DNA of 64,000 nucleotides from Candidatus Aegiribacteria sp. (lineage in GTDB: Bacteria; Fermentibacterota; Fermentibacteria; Fermentibacterales; JCC-6), in assembly GCA_046498225.1 (NCBI GenBank), contig JAWOBF010000061.1:3709-67708 (forward strand), given 5' to 3'. How positions within the stretch are numbered: the first letter of the stretch is position 1; every line of letters begins with the position of its first letter. A model generated the notes under the pieces. The model searched no databases. It saw only the letters and a list, made by a program, of their open reading frames with translations, and had not been told where the DNA came from. Below are positions 9,827 to 19,000 of the stretch, piece after piece. Both the position numbers and the translations under genes were made by a program.

Positions 9827-10398
9827 GGGGAGACGCCCTCCCTTATTCCGGCTGCGAAAAGGCTGTCCAGGGCGGACATGCCTATCCAGTCCCTCTCCCA
9901 TTCCATGGAGACGGGAAAGAACACACCGGCAAGCATTTCCAGGTCGGACCTCCCCGCCAGGATATTCGGATGGAACAACCCGCCGTGGGACGTTCGCATC
10001 CAGCCCATGGCGATTACTGCCGCCAGCGTGTTGCCGTAGTCGTCGTCCGTGAGGTCTGAGGGAATTTCTGGACCGGTGCTGAGAGCGTCGTAGAACTGGA
10101 AGCGGCCGTACCAGGAAAGCGCTATTCCCAGGTCACGTCTGGTAACCGGAACAACCGAACCCCTTCCGTCCATCCAGGCCTCCGCCTCTCGTATCCTGCC
10201 CCGGTTGACCAGCAGGCGCAGAAGAGGAACCAGGGCCGTCCTGTTACCGTTCTTGAGCTGGCTCTTGATGGCTCGTTCGTTGAGGGAGGGCGGGGCAAGG
10301 GAATCAGCCTCAAGTCTGGACCCGGAGGCTTCAAGCCAGAAATCATCGGCGACCGTGAGCGTCTGGGCCGATAGCGTTACAGTGAATAACAGGGTCAC
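9823..10398 (-). CDS. hypothetical exported protein
   Basis: The track ORF 9823..10593 runs through a tRNA gene. The coding part must begin after the tRNA, most plausibly at GTG 10398 (M-TLLFTVTLSAQ..., a hydrophobic leader). A GTGA coupling to the next gene supports it being real. Confidence 0.5.
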   Translation of the reverse strand: MTLLFTVTLSAQTLTVADDFWLEASGSRLEADSLAPPSLNERAIKSQLKNGNRTALVPLLRLLVNRGRIREAEAWMDGRGSVVPVTRRDLGIALSWYGRFQFYDALSTGPEIPSDLTDDDYGNTLAAVIAMGWMRTSHGGLFHPNILAGRSDLEMLAGVFFPVSMEWERDWIGMSALDSLFAAGIREGVSP

Positions 10399-10409
10399 GA
10401 CAAGAAGGA

Positions 10410-10485
10410 TGGAGCGGGTAACGGGGATCGAACCCGCGACATTCAGCTTGGGAAGCTGACACTCTGCCAACTGAGTTATACCCGC
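10410..10485 (-). tRNA. tRNA-Gly (anticodon CCC), CCA encoded
   Basis: Folded by hand: acceptor GCGGGTA/TACCCGC, D-arm ACTC-AGTTGGCA-GAGT, anticodon arm TCAGC-TTCCCAA-GCTGA, variable ATGTC, T-arm GCGGG-TTCGATC-CCCGT, discriminator U, then CCA. Confidence 0.9.
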
Positions 10486-10511
10486 TCCGTCATCTGGGAA
10501 TGAATAGGTTT

Positions 10512-11339
10512 TCATGGTCCCTCCGTCAAGTTCCTTCCGGGCAGGCTTTCCAGGACGCCTGAATATACTGCTCTGGCCTCGCCCTGCAGCCACCAGCCTT
10601 TTTCGTCGTTTCCCGCCGTAAGGGTCAGCCCGCTCCTGACCCCTATATCCACCGGCTGGGCGCAGCCGAGGAGTTCAACGGCGCAGATCGCGCATGCAAC
10701 GGCCCCCGTGCCGCAGGCCAGCGTCTCACCCTCCACCCCTCTTTCCCAGGTCCTCATGGAAATGGACCCATTGTCCGTCCAGAGATAATTAACGTTGGCG
10801 CCTGCCTGTCCGAACATTGAATGGCTCCTCAGCCTTCTTGCGGTCTCATCGAAGGGAGGTATGTCGGGTCCGCCGGTGACCGCCACCGCGTGGGGAACTC
10901 CGGTGTTGACGAAGGACAGGCTGAGTTCATGGGAACCCACCCGGGTCTTTCTGTCAAGAAAATGTATCGCGGGGTCCGTCATCCATATCCTGGCGCTGTC
11001 CGGGCCGGTCACCCTGGCCCTGTGAACTCCGGCCGCGCTTCTGAAACTGAAGTCCTCCCCCGGTTCCACGAGCCCCCTCCGCGCCGCGAAAGCCGCTATG
11101 CAGCGGCCTCCGTTGCCGCACATCTCCGCCTCTCCGCCGTCGCTGTTGTAATACCTCATCCTGAAAGGGAACTCAGGGTCGCTTCCCATTTCCAGCACGC
11201 CGTCAGCGCCTACCGAGAGTCCCCTTCGGCAGAGAGCCCTCACAAGCTCAGCGGTAACCGGAGTGTCAGTGGTTCCGTCCAGGTTGTCTATGAGTATGAA
11301 GTCGTTGCCGGCGCCGCTCATTTTAACGAATTTCAGCAT
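10512..11339 (-). CDS. dapF: diaminopimelate epimerase
   Basis: MLKFVKMSGAGNDFILIDN is the DapF N-terminus. Both catalytic Cys regions are present (EMCGNGGRC, ACGTGAVA). The 102 upstream codons of the track ORF are Arg/Gly/Trp-rich and overlap the preceding gene, so I rejected them. Confidence 0.92.
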   Translation of the reverse strand: MLKFVKMSGAGNDFILIDNLDGTTDTPVTAELVRALCRRGLSVGADGVLEMGSDPEFPFRMRYYNSDGGEAEMCGNGGRCIAAFAARRGLVEPGEDFSFRSAAGVHRARVTGPDSARIWMTDPAIHFLDRKTRVGSHELSLSFVNTGVPHAVAVTGGPDIPPFDETARRLRSHSMFGQAGANVNYLWTDNGSISMRTWERGVEGETLACGTGAVACAICAVELLGCAQPVDIGVRSGLTLTAGNDEKGWWLQGEARAVYSGVLESLPGRNLTEGP

Positions 11340-13566
11340 TATTCCCTGTTTCCTCCCCCACGCCGCCCATCTCCCTTTCCAGCAGTTCCAGCTCCAGGCG
11401 GGCTTCCCGGTTCGCCGGGTCCTCCTCAAGCACCCGGAAGTATTCCTCCCTGGCTTCCTCCGGCCGGCCCTCGGCCGCGAAAAGCCTCGCCAGCAGAAGC
11501 CTGAGGGCGGGCCTTTCGCCGGTCCACCAGGTGAAGCTCTCGATATCCTCCGCCAGGTGGTCCAGCCGGTAGCCGCCCTGAATATACAGCTGGATGAGGT
11601 CATTGAGCATACTTTCGGTAACCTCGGCGGGACCGCCGCCCGCAAGGCCCAGAAGGAGCGCGCCCGAAAGCATGTCAGGGTCGTTGATCTCTATGCCCCT
11701 GTCCGCCAGGTAGCCTGACCATCCCCTCATGTCCTCCAGGATGGCCTTTGCCTGGTCGTAGCCGCTGTAGCAGTGGGCGTACCGTTCCACGAACAGGAAC
11801 CGCCTGGGAAGGTCAGCAGCCTCCCGGTACCCCCGGCCGTAGACGCGGAGGGAGGGTCCCTGGTGGAGGAGAACGAGTGAATCCAGCGTTTCGGGCCTGT
11901 AATGAAGCTGCCGGGCTACGGCCTGTTCCGGTTCTTCCCGCAGCCCCGCGAGGTAGAGCAGGCCGCTGAAGCTACTGTCCAGCAGGAAATCCGCCTGATA
12001 CACCAGCAGCCGGCAGTCCCGGTCCCTCATGAAGGCCACCAGGCTGTCCTCCGGCATGAACATGGTCTCGGCGAACCTGATTATTGTCTCCCTGTTGTAT
12101 TCGCTCTCGAAGAAGGTATGGGTTACTACCGGACGCTCCGCGTAGGCCGAAATCAGGCCGGATATGTGCCAGTAGCTCAGAACGGCCCGATCGCTTTCCG
12201 TTTCCCTGTCCAGCCAGTCCAGGAAGGAATCAAGCTCACGGTCGCCCAGCATTGAGGATGAATCCTCGAACCGCAGTCCGACCCTGTCGATTGCTCCCGC
12301 TATGACCCCGGGAAACAGGGATTGAAGGATGATGGCCAGGGCCACGGGGACTATCAGCCATCTCCTTCTGAAGGTTGCGGCGATAACCGGAACGAGAGCC
12401 ACGGCCAGGAACACCATCAGCCTGTCGAAGAAGAGGTAGCCGGCCAGCGAGAGGGGAAGGAACCAGAAAATGAGCCTGTTCCCCCTCTCCCTGAAGAACG
12501 CCCTTGCTCCCGGCAGGGCCGCCAGGAGGGGCACTCCGAAGAGCAGAAGGAACTGGGCCGGCGAGGGGCTGGTGTAACCGGGCACCCAGAACAGCCTGGC
12601 GTCCTCCGACAGAAGCAGGGGGTTCTCCGGATGGCTGAAGAGGAACCTCAGCTTTGCCGCTATCACCGATGACACGTGACCGGTGGCGGCCTGACCGATG
12701 AAAGAGGATGCCGCGGCCAGGACAGTGGCGCACAGCGGGTACCAGACCGGTCTGAACCGGGGCAGGAGCAGAAACACCGCCATGACCGTGGCCGGGCTTA
12801 TCAGCGCCCCGTCATGCCTCATGTGGGGCAGAAGGACGGAAGCGGCTATCTGGGCGGAGGCCAGGGATATCCTGGCGGACAGGGGTACGTCTCCCCTTCG
12901 CCAGTTCCTCCAAAACAGATAAAGAAGCAGGAAGAACGAGATGAAGGCTGTGACCTTCCACGCGGCAAGTGACATGAACAGGACAACTCCCGCGGATACG
13001 CCGAATCTCATGGCGGCCCGTTCATCCTCTTCGGCAAGTGTCCTCTCGGTAAGCCATCCCAGAGCCACGAGCATGGGCAGGGCGACGGTCTCCCTGTAGA
13101 GGGACCCGCCCCTTGCCCTGAGGATGGCCGGAAGAAGAAAGGCGTAAAGACCGGAAGCCAGAAGGGAGGTCCATTTTTCGAATCCTGCCCCGCGCATCCA
13201 CAGGTAGAGCATGGGGATAACCAGCAGAGGGAAGAAAAGCGCGAAAGCCCTGATGAAACCATCGAAGTCCCCCCCCGCTATCCTGTGGATACCTCCGGCC
13301 ACGTACTCCTCGAATATGGAGTTGTGAAAGGTATTCATGCCCCGCGGATGCATAACCAGGGTATCGACTTCAGGAATATGGCCGGTCATGGAGAACATTT
13401 TCGCGTAACGGTAGGCCTGGGTGGTTTCGGCCTGCATCCTTTTCGGAGGGGGAAGCACGGAGGAGGCGACCAGGCTCCGGAAGAGGAATCCCGCCGCAAC
13501 CGCCGCGGCGAGAAGCAGGGCTGTTGTCAGAACACCGGTTCTACGGAACATCGCTGGGCTTTCCAT
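11323..13566 (-). CDS. large polytopic membrane protein, candidate GT-C glycosyltransferase (STT3/PglB-like) with a C-terminal TPR-like region
   Basis: About 12 hydrophobic segments are followed by a soluble domain. SYWHISGLISAYAERPVVTHTF aligns by eye to SWWDYGYQI...TLVDNNT of STT3/AglB, but with the Asp replaced. The C-terminal RLLLARLFAAEGRPEEAREEYFRVLEEDPANREARLELELL is TPR-like. Confidence 0.55.
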   Translation of the reverse strand: MESPAMFRRTGVLTTALLLAAAVAAGFLFRSLVASSVLPPPKRMQAETTQAYRYAKMFSMTGHIPEVDTLVMHPRGMNTFHNSIFEEYVAGGIHRIAGGDFDGFIRAFALFFPLLVIPMLYLWMRGAGFEKWTSLLASGLYAFLLPAILRARGGSLYRETVALPMLVALGWLTERTLAEEDERAAMRFGVSAGVVLFMSLAAWKVTAFISFFLLLYLFWRNWRRGDVPLSARISLASAQIAASVLLPHMRHDGALISPATVMAVFLLLPRFRPVWYPLCATVLAAASSFIGQAATGHVSSVIAAKLRFLFSHPENPLLLSEDARLFWVPGYTSPSPAQFLLLFGVPLLAALPGARAFFRERGNRLIFWFLPLSLAGYLFFDRLMVFLAVALVPVIAATFRRRWLIVPVALAIILQSLFPGVIAGAIDRVGLRFEDSSSMLGDRELDSFLDWLDRETESDRAVLSYWHISGLISAYAERPVVTHTFFESEYNRETIIRFAETMFMPEDSLVAFMRDRDCRLLVYQADFLLDSSFSGLLYLAGLREEPEQAVARQLHYRPETLDSLVLLHQGPSLRVYGRGYREAADLPRRFLFVERYAHCYSGYDQAKAILEDMRGWSGYLADRGIEINDPDMLSGALLLGLAGGGPAEVTESMLNDLIQLYIQGGYRLDHLAEDIESFTWWTGERPALRLLLARLFAAEGRPEEAREEYFRVLEEDPANREARLELELLEREMGGVGEETGNNAEIR

Positions 13567-13593
13567 GGCTTATGAAAGGACGGCGGCCGCGGA

Positions 13594-14175
13594 TCAGGAC
13601 AGGAGCCCTGAGTGCTGCTTCGCTATAATGACCGACATTATCTTGAGGGTTTCCACCGGACCGCTTCCGCCGATGGCCACGGATTCAATTGAGGGCCATC
13701 CGTAGCGGTTCAGCAGCTGCTCCATCTCCTCCACCGATGCTATGGAGGGAAGGTCCCTCTTGTTGAACTGCAGTACCGAGGGCACGTCGGATAGTTTCAG
13801 GCCGTAGGAATCCAGGTTGCTCTCCAGGTCCTCCATACTGTCGACGTTGGCGTCCATTCTCTCGGTCTGGCTGTCCGCGACGAAGATTATTCCGTCCACG
13901 CCATCAAGGATGACCTTTCTGCTCAGAGAGTAGTAGGCCTGTCCGGGAACCGAATAGAGGTGGAGCCTTACCCTGTCGTTCCCGATGGACGCGAAGTTGA
14001 CGGGAAGGAAGTCGAAGAATACGGTCCGCTCTCCCCTGGTGCACAGCGTAACCAGTCTTCCCCTGTGTTCCGGGGCTATCAGATCCCGTATCCTCCTGAG
14101 ATTCGTGGTCTTTCCCGAAAGACCGGGACCGTAGTAGACTATCTTGTAGGCAACTTCATTTACTGATCTGTGCAT
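13594..14175 (-). CDS. MglA-family Ras-like small GTPase (paralog 1)
   Basis: Motifs KIVYYGPGLSGKTTNL (P-loop), RTVFFDFLP, LYSVPGQ and FNKRD are the MglA hallmarks. Confidence 0.85.
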   Translation of the reverse strand: MHRSVNEVAYKIVYYGPGLSGKTTNLRRIRDLIAPEHRGRLVTLCTRGERTVFFDFLPVNFASIGNDRVRLHLYSVPGQAYYSLSRKVILDGVDGIIFVADSQTERMDANVDSMEDLESNLDSYGLKLSDVPSVLQFNKRDLPSIASVEEMEQLLNRYGWPSIESVAIGGSGPVETLKIMSVIIAKQHSGLLS

Positions 14176-14204
14176 TTATCCCCGTTTCTCAATGCTTCTG
14201 GAAC

Positions 14205-15554
14205 TCAGAGTATATAATTACCATCTTCTCTTCGATCAGCAAGGTCAAGAAGGATACTCTTCGCCGAGGTCCCGGATATGCTCACCGGACCCCTGACCAG
14301 ATCGGGGGCTCCGAACAGCTGCTGGTCCAGCAGGTAGCTCAGTACCGGCCTGAGCCTTCTTGCGCCTATGTCGTCGGTCTCCTGGTTGAGATGGCTGGCT
14401 ACCCTGGCCACTTCACGGGAGGCCCCCCGGCTGAGCCTCAGTTTCACACCGTCCGCTTCCAGAAGCGACGTGTACTGCTTCAGAAGTGAATTCTCCGGTT
14501 CGGTGAGGATCCTTAAAAGGTCTTCCTCCGAAAGGGGATCCAGCTCCACCCTCATGGGAAACCTGCCCTGCAGCTCCGGAATGAGGTCGGAGGGGCTCGA
14601 CCCGTTGAAGGCTCCCGCGGCTATGAACAGGATATGGTCCGTCACCACCGGACCGTACCTTGTCTGAACAGCGCAGCCCTCCACGATGGGAAGCAGGTCC
14701 CTCTGAACGCCGGCCCTGGAAACTTCCGGGCCCTTGCTCTCGCTGATCCCGATTATCTTGTCTATCTCGTCGATGAAGATGATACCCTCCTCCTGGGCCA
14801 GCGTCAGCCCCCTGGAAATGTGGTCGCTGCCCTCGAGGAGCCTGCCCATCTCCTCTTCTCGAAGCCTCTCCCTGGCCTCGGAGACCGGAAGCTCGGTCCG
14901 CTTCCTCCTGCCGCCCATCATCTTCTGCATGAGTTTCTTGAGGTTTTCTCCCGCGGCATTGTCGAAACCGGCGCCGGGCATCAGGGGCATTATCTCCATG
15001 TTTGGAAGCTGGTCGGGAAGTATCATCTCCACCCTGGTGTCCTCCAGGGAACCGCTTTCCAGCATTCTCTTCAGTTCCGCGTCGGATATGGTTTCGTAAC
15101 CGGAACTCTTCAGCGCTGCGACGAGTTTTCCCGTCACCGCCTGCTCGACATGCTCCGCCCGGTCCTTTCTTTCTCTCTCCGCTTCAATGTTCACCGCCTG
15201 CCGCACCAGCGACCGCACCATGGATTCCACGTCCCTGCCCACGTATCCGGTTTCGGTGTACTTGGTGGCCTCAACCTTCACGAAGGGGGCGCCGGTGAGA
15301 TTAGCCAGCCTTCTGGCTATCTCCGTCTTCCCTATGCCGGTGGGCCCCATCATTATCAGATTGCTGGGATATATCTCGGGCCTGATATCGTCCGGCGCCA
15401 GCCGACGCCGGTACCTGTTGCGAAGGGCTATGGCTACCGACCGCTTTGCAGCGGCCTGGCCAACCACATGGCGGTCAAGCCACTTCACTGTCTCCGACGG
15501 GGTGTAGTCTCCCTTGTCGTTCATCCGCGCGGGTTCCCTGTTCATATCAGCCAA
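14205..15554 (-). CDS. hslU: ATP-dependent protease ATPase subunit HslU
   Basis: Motifs TPSETVKWLDRHVVGQAAAKRSVAIALRNRYRR, MMGPTGIGKTEIARRLA and GIIFIDEIDKI. Confidence 0.95.
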   Translation of the reverse strand: MADMNREPARMNDKGDYTPSETVKWLDRHVVGQAAAKRSVAIALRNRYRRRLAPDDIRPEIYPSNLIMMGPTGIGKTEIARRLANLTGAPFVKVEATKYTETGYVGRDVESMVRSLVRQAVNIEAERERKDRAEHVEQAVTGKLVAALKSSGYETISDAELKRMLESGSLEDTRVEMILPDQLPNMEIMPLMPGAGFDNAAGENLKKLMQKMMGGRRKRTELPVSEARERLREEEMGRLLEGSDHISRGLTLAQEEGIIFIDEIDKIIGISESKGPEVSRAGVQRDLLPIVEGCAVQTRYGPVVTDHILFIAAGAFNGSSPSDLIPELQGRFPMRVELDPLSEEDLLRILTEPENSLLKQYTSLLEADGVKLRLSRGASREVARVASHLNQETDDIGARRLRPVLSYLLDQQLFGAPDLVRGPVSISGTSAKSILLDLADRREDGNYIL

Positions 15555-16086
15555 GCTCCTCCAGCTGTATGTCGCCTCCGGTGTAGATGCATATTCCGGA
15601 GGCTATCCTGATGCTCTCGAACGCGATCCTGGCCGGTCCCATCCTGGTGTGCCCGTCCAGGGCCCGCGCAGCGGCGATGGCGTATGGATGACCTGAACCT
15701 ACAGCCACTATTCCATCTTCCGCCTCGACTATCTCGCCGGAGCCGCCTATGAGCAGGGCATGGTCGCGGTCCACCGCGGCCAGCAGTGCTTCCAGCTCCC
15801 TCAGGTACTTGTCGGCCCGCCATTCGCGGGCAAGGTCAACCGCCGCCCTGGGAAGGTTGCCCCTGGCTGTCTCCAGTTTCTCCTCCAGCCTCTCCACCAG
15901 GGCGAAGGCGTCGGCGCCGGTTCCGGAGAATCCCACCAGGACGGTGTCGGAATAGAGCCTTCTTATTTTCCTGGCGGTGCTCTTCAGGACGGTATCCCCC
16001 AGGGTGACCTGGCCGTCCGCCGCCATGGCGGCCTTTCCATCCCTGACTATGCCCACTACGGTGGTCGACCGCAGTTCTGCCGTCAT
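15547..16086 (-). CDS. hslV: ATP-dependent protease subunit HslV
   Basis: STTVVGIVRDGKAAMAADGQVTLGDTVLKSTARKIRRLY. The ATG at 16086 forms an ATGA overlap with the upstream stop. I rejected the upstream 79 codons of the track ORF. Confidence 0.93.
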   Translation of the reverse strand: MTAELRSTTVVGIVRDGKAAMAADGQVTLGDTVLKSTARKIRRLYSDTVLVGFSGTGADAFALVERLEEKLETARGNLPRAAVDLAREWRADKYLRELEALLAAVDRDHALLIGGSGEIVEAEDGIVAVGSGHPYAIAAARALDGHTRMGPARIAFESIRIASGICIYTGGDIQLEELG

Positions 16087-19000
16087 TGGTCGCCCTCCAG
16101 CAGGTTGACCCAGGAATAGTCGCCCATACCCCTGCCGGGGTCGGGTACACCCGCGGCGTAGGCCTCCGGGTCCTCCAGGACCCGAGCCAGTGCGGAGGCC
16201 GACATGACTTCGCTCCGGTAGAGAGCGGCGTACATCATGCCGGGCCTTCCGCCCTTCGCCGCCATCCAGGCCAGGGCCTCCGGCGATACCCTGTTGCTCT
16301 CCGTGCGGAACCATCTTGTCCACGATACGGTCTCCTCGACAGGATCGTTCAGTATCCTCAGGGCCAGGTTTTCCACCACGCTGGCCTCCTGCGGGTCTTC
16401 CATGCTTCGGGAAAGAACGATACCCGAAGCGGCGGCCGATATCAGATGGCTCCGGGAGGAGAGCCTCAACATCTCTTCCATGATCCTGCCCGCTGTGGCC
16501 TGTTCATTCAGGTCCAGCCCGGAGACCGAGGATGGCTCCATGGATTCGAAGAGTATGGAAAGGCCCGTGTCCCGAATATTGATCCTGTATCCCAGCGGAG
16601 AGCTGTTCAGTATGGCGGCAAGGGAGGAATCCGCCATGGCCGCCAGGCCGGCGTAGGCCGGGTCCGCGCCGGGGTCCATCTCCTCCACTATCCTCCAGGC
16701 GCCTATGTAGTCGGAGAACAGGAGAGCGACCTCCACCCGCAGCCAGGCGAAGGCGGGGGAACCGTCGTCCAGGCTGTCGAAGAGCTGCCTGTACTCCAGC
16801 TCCTGCCGGTAGCCCAGGGTATTATCCGTGCCGGTCGCCAGGCTGGAGAGGTTCAGCGCCAGTCCCGCCAGTTCCTGGCTGTCCAGTCTCCTGGCGTTGT
16901 CCAGTGTCCGGTCGGCGATGGCCTGCAGTGTATCCGAGGCGGCAGCGGGACCGTGCATCCCGTCCACCAGTCTGGCGACTATCATGGCCCTGCGGGGAAG
17001 GACTTCGGCCCAGGCGTCGGGAAGGGTGGTGAAAAGCTCCTCCGACCTGTCGAGTACCATCTGGACGCTGTCCGGCCGGCCTCTGTCGATGTAGTGGTAG
17101 GCCAGTCTGTGATAGGCGGAAACGTAGTTCTTCAGCAGCTGCACCGCCTGGTCGCACTTGAATACGGATGGGTCCTCCACCCCGGTGAACCGGTAGTTTT
17201 CCATCAGCTCCCATCCCCTGGAGCCGTTGACGGCGTCCACCACCGGCCTGTCGGTCACTCGGAAAGCGATTCCCTCCATCATGTGGTAGGGTTCGAGGTA
17301 CTGTCTGCTCTCCGTCGCCACGGTTCCGGCGAAGTATATCTCCCTGCCGTGGATCGGCCTGTTCTTTATCATGTTCAGGAGCACCAGGTCCTGCATGCTC
17401 AGCACTCCCTGGCTGGACAGACCTTCGATTGGAATGGCCACGGCCATGGAGCCGTGGGTTACGGCCCACGGCCAGGGCTGGTCGAAGGTGGTCCTGAGTA
17501 TCTCGCCGTCCACCGGCGAATACTCGGGCATTCCGTACCTCTCCACGTGGAAGTGATGGGGGCCCCAGATATACACAGGCCGAAGCCGGTGTACAAGTCC
17601 GTGGTCGTCGAAATCCAGGAGCAGAGAATCCCTGTCCACCAGCTGCTGCACGTACCAGTTGGTGTTCATAAGGCTGAGGTTGCTGACAATCACGTCCCTG
17701 CGGACCCCCAGCACACCCTGGGCGAACCACAGGGGGAAGGTGTCGTTGTCGCCGTTGGTTATCAGAACGGCGTTCTCCGGGACGCTCTCCAGCAGATTTA
17801 TGCCGTAGTCGTGGGCGAAGTAGGAATTCGACCGGTCGCACCTGTGATGGTTCGCGGTGAACATCAGAAGAGGAATGGCAAGAGTGGCCCACGCCAGCCT
17901 GGACTTCTCGGACAGGAAGTCCCTGAAGACGGATACCAGGCCTATTCCGGAGAATATGGCGAACAGGGCGAAGGAGGCTCCGAAGAAGTAGTCCCTCTCC
18001 CTCACCTCCCCGGCCGGGGTTCCCTCCAGGCCTGTCTTGAAATTCAGTATGAAGAATATGAACAGTATGGATGACATCAGGAACAGAAAACCGAGGTATA
18101 GAAGCAGTTTCGGCCTCCTCATTCCCAGCACCACCAGTCCGTATATCGCCCCGAACAGGAGAATTATGCGCATCAGCATGGCCGCCGCCGGCCCGCCGGT
18201 GTCGCCCAGCAGCCGGTCCCATCCGCTGTCCACCCTTCCGGGCTGCCATGAGAGGTACTTCAGGTAGAGCCTGAGCTGGTGGTGGAAGGGCCCCTTCCGG
18301 TCCAGAATGGACGTCCTTCCGTACTGGTCCCTGGTGAACGCCTTCTCGAAGTTCTCCCATCTGCTTGAGTCGGTCTCGTTCACCTCCGGGTCCTGAACCG
18401 CCCGAATGGGCATGTACAGGTGAATGCTGAATGCCAGCACAACGAGGCCGAGTATGGTCAGTATGAACCAGGAGCGCTTCCAGATGTCGGTCTTCTTCCT
18501 GAAGGCGTAAATAATGTACATCAGGAGTATGGGGGGGCCGGTGACCAGCGGTACGCTGCCGTGGTTGGCAACCGCGAGTATTATCAGGTAGGAAATCAGA
18601 AGAAGGTACCTGGCCTCCCCCCAGCCGCCGTGGTCCTTCCACCCCTTCCTGTGCTTCCTCTCCGCGTACCTCTCTATCCAGCAGTCGAAGGACCACATTA
18701 TTATGAAAGTCAGCAGGAGGGCTGTGGCGTAGGTCTCCGTGGCGTTGCTGTTGCGCCATATTGAGTAGCTGAAGGTCGCTGTCAGTCCCGACAGCACCGA
18801 CATCGGCCTGTACCAGGCGGAAGTGAAGCCCATCCTCCTTCCCCACCGCTGCACGAGACGGACCAGGAGGCCGATGGTGGCGGCCCCGGCAAGGGCGCAC
18901 ATCAGGTTGACCCTGCTGGCCACTCCCGGCAGGAAGGAGAACACGATGGTGCTGAAGCGGCCGAGAAGAACGAACAGCGGGACGCCGGGCGGGTGCGGGA

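Noticed and set aside
10399-10593. N-terminal part of track ORF 9823..10593, including the peptide GITQLAECQLPKLNVAGSIPVTRS
   Set aside because: That peptide is simply the translation of the tRNA-Gly gene (10410..10485). A CDS cannot run through it, so the ORF was trimmed to start after the tRNA.
11340-11645. 5' extensions of track ORFs for dapF (to 11645), hslV (to 16323), xerC (to 20494), mutS (to 52268), polA (to 6703), the GT2 gene (to 43109) and the GT4 gene (to 45507)
   Set aside because: The extensions are Arg/Gly-rich, lie inside the preceding gene, and the family N-termini begin at internal ATGs. Several of those ATGs form ATGA overlaps with the upstream stop.
16086-18900. Very long alternative-frame ORFs: 16086..18074 (+, 662 aa) and 16822..18900 (-, 692 aa). 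Comparable ones are 34205..35803 (+, 532 aa), 14634..15611 (+), 20674..21405 (+) and 45949..46803 (-).
   Set aside because: Their Arg/Gly/Pro/His-rich, low-complexity translations have no recognisable motifs. They shadow strongly supported genes (DUF2723, gatE, hslU, topA). These are typical high-GC stop-codon-poor frames.
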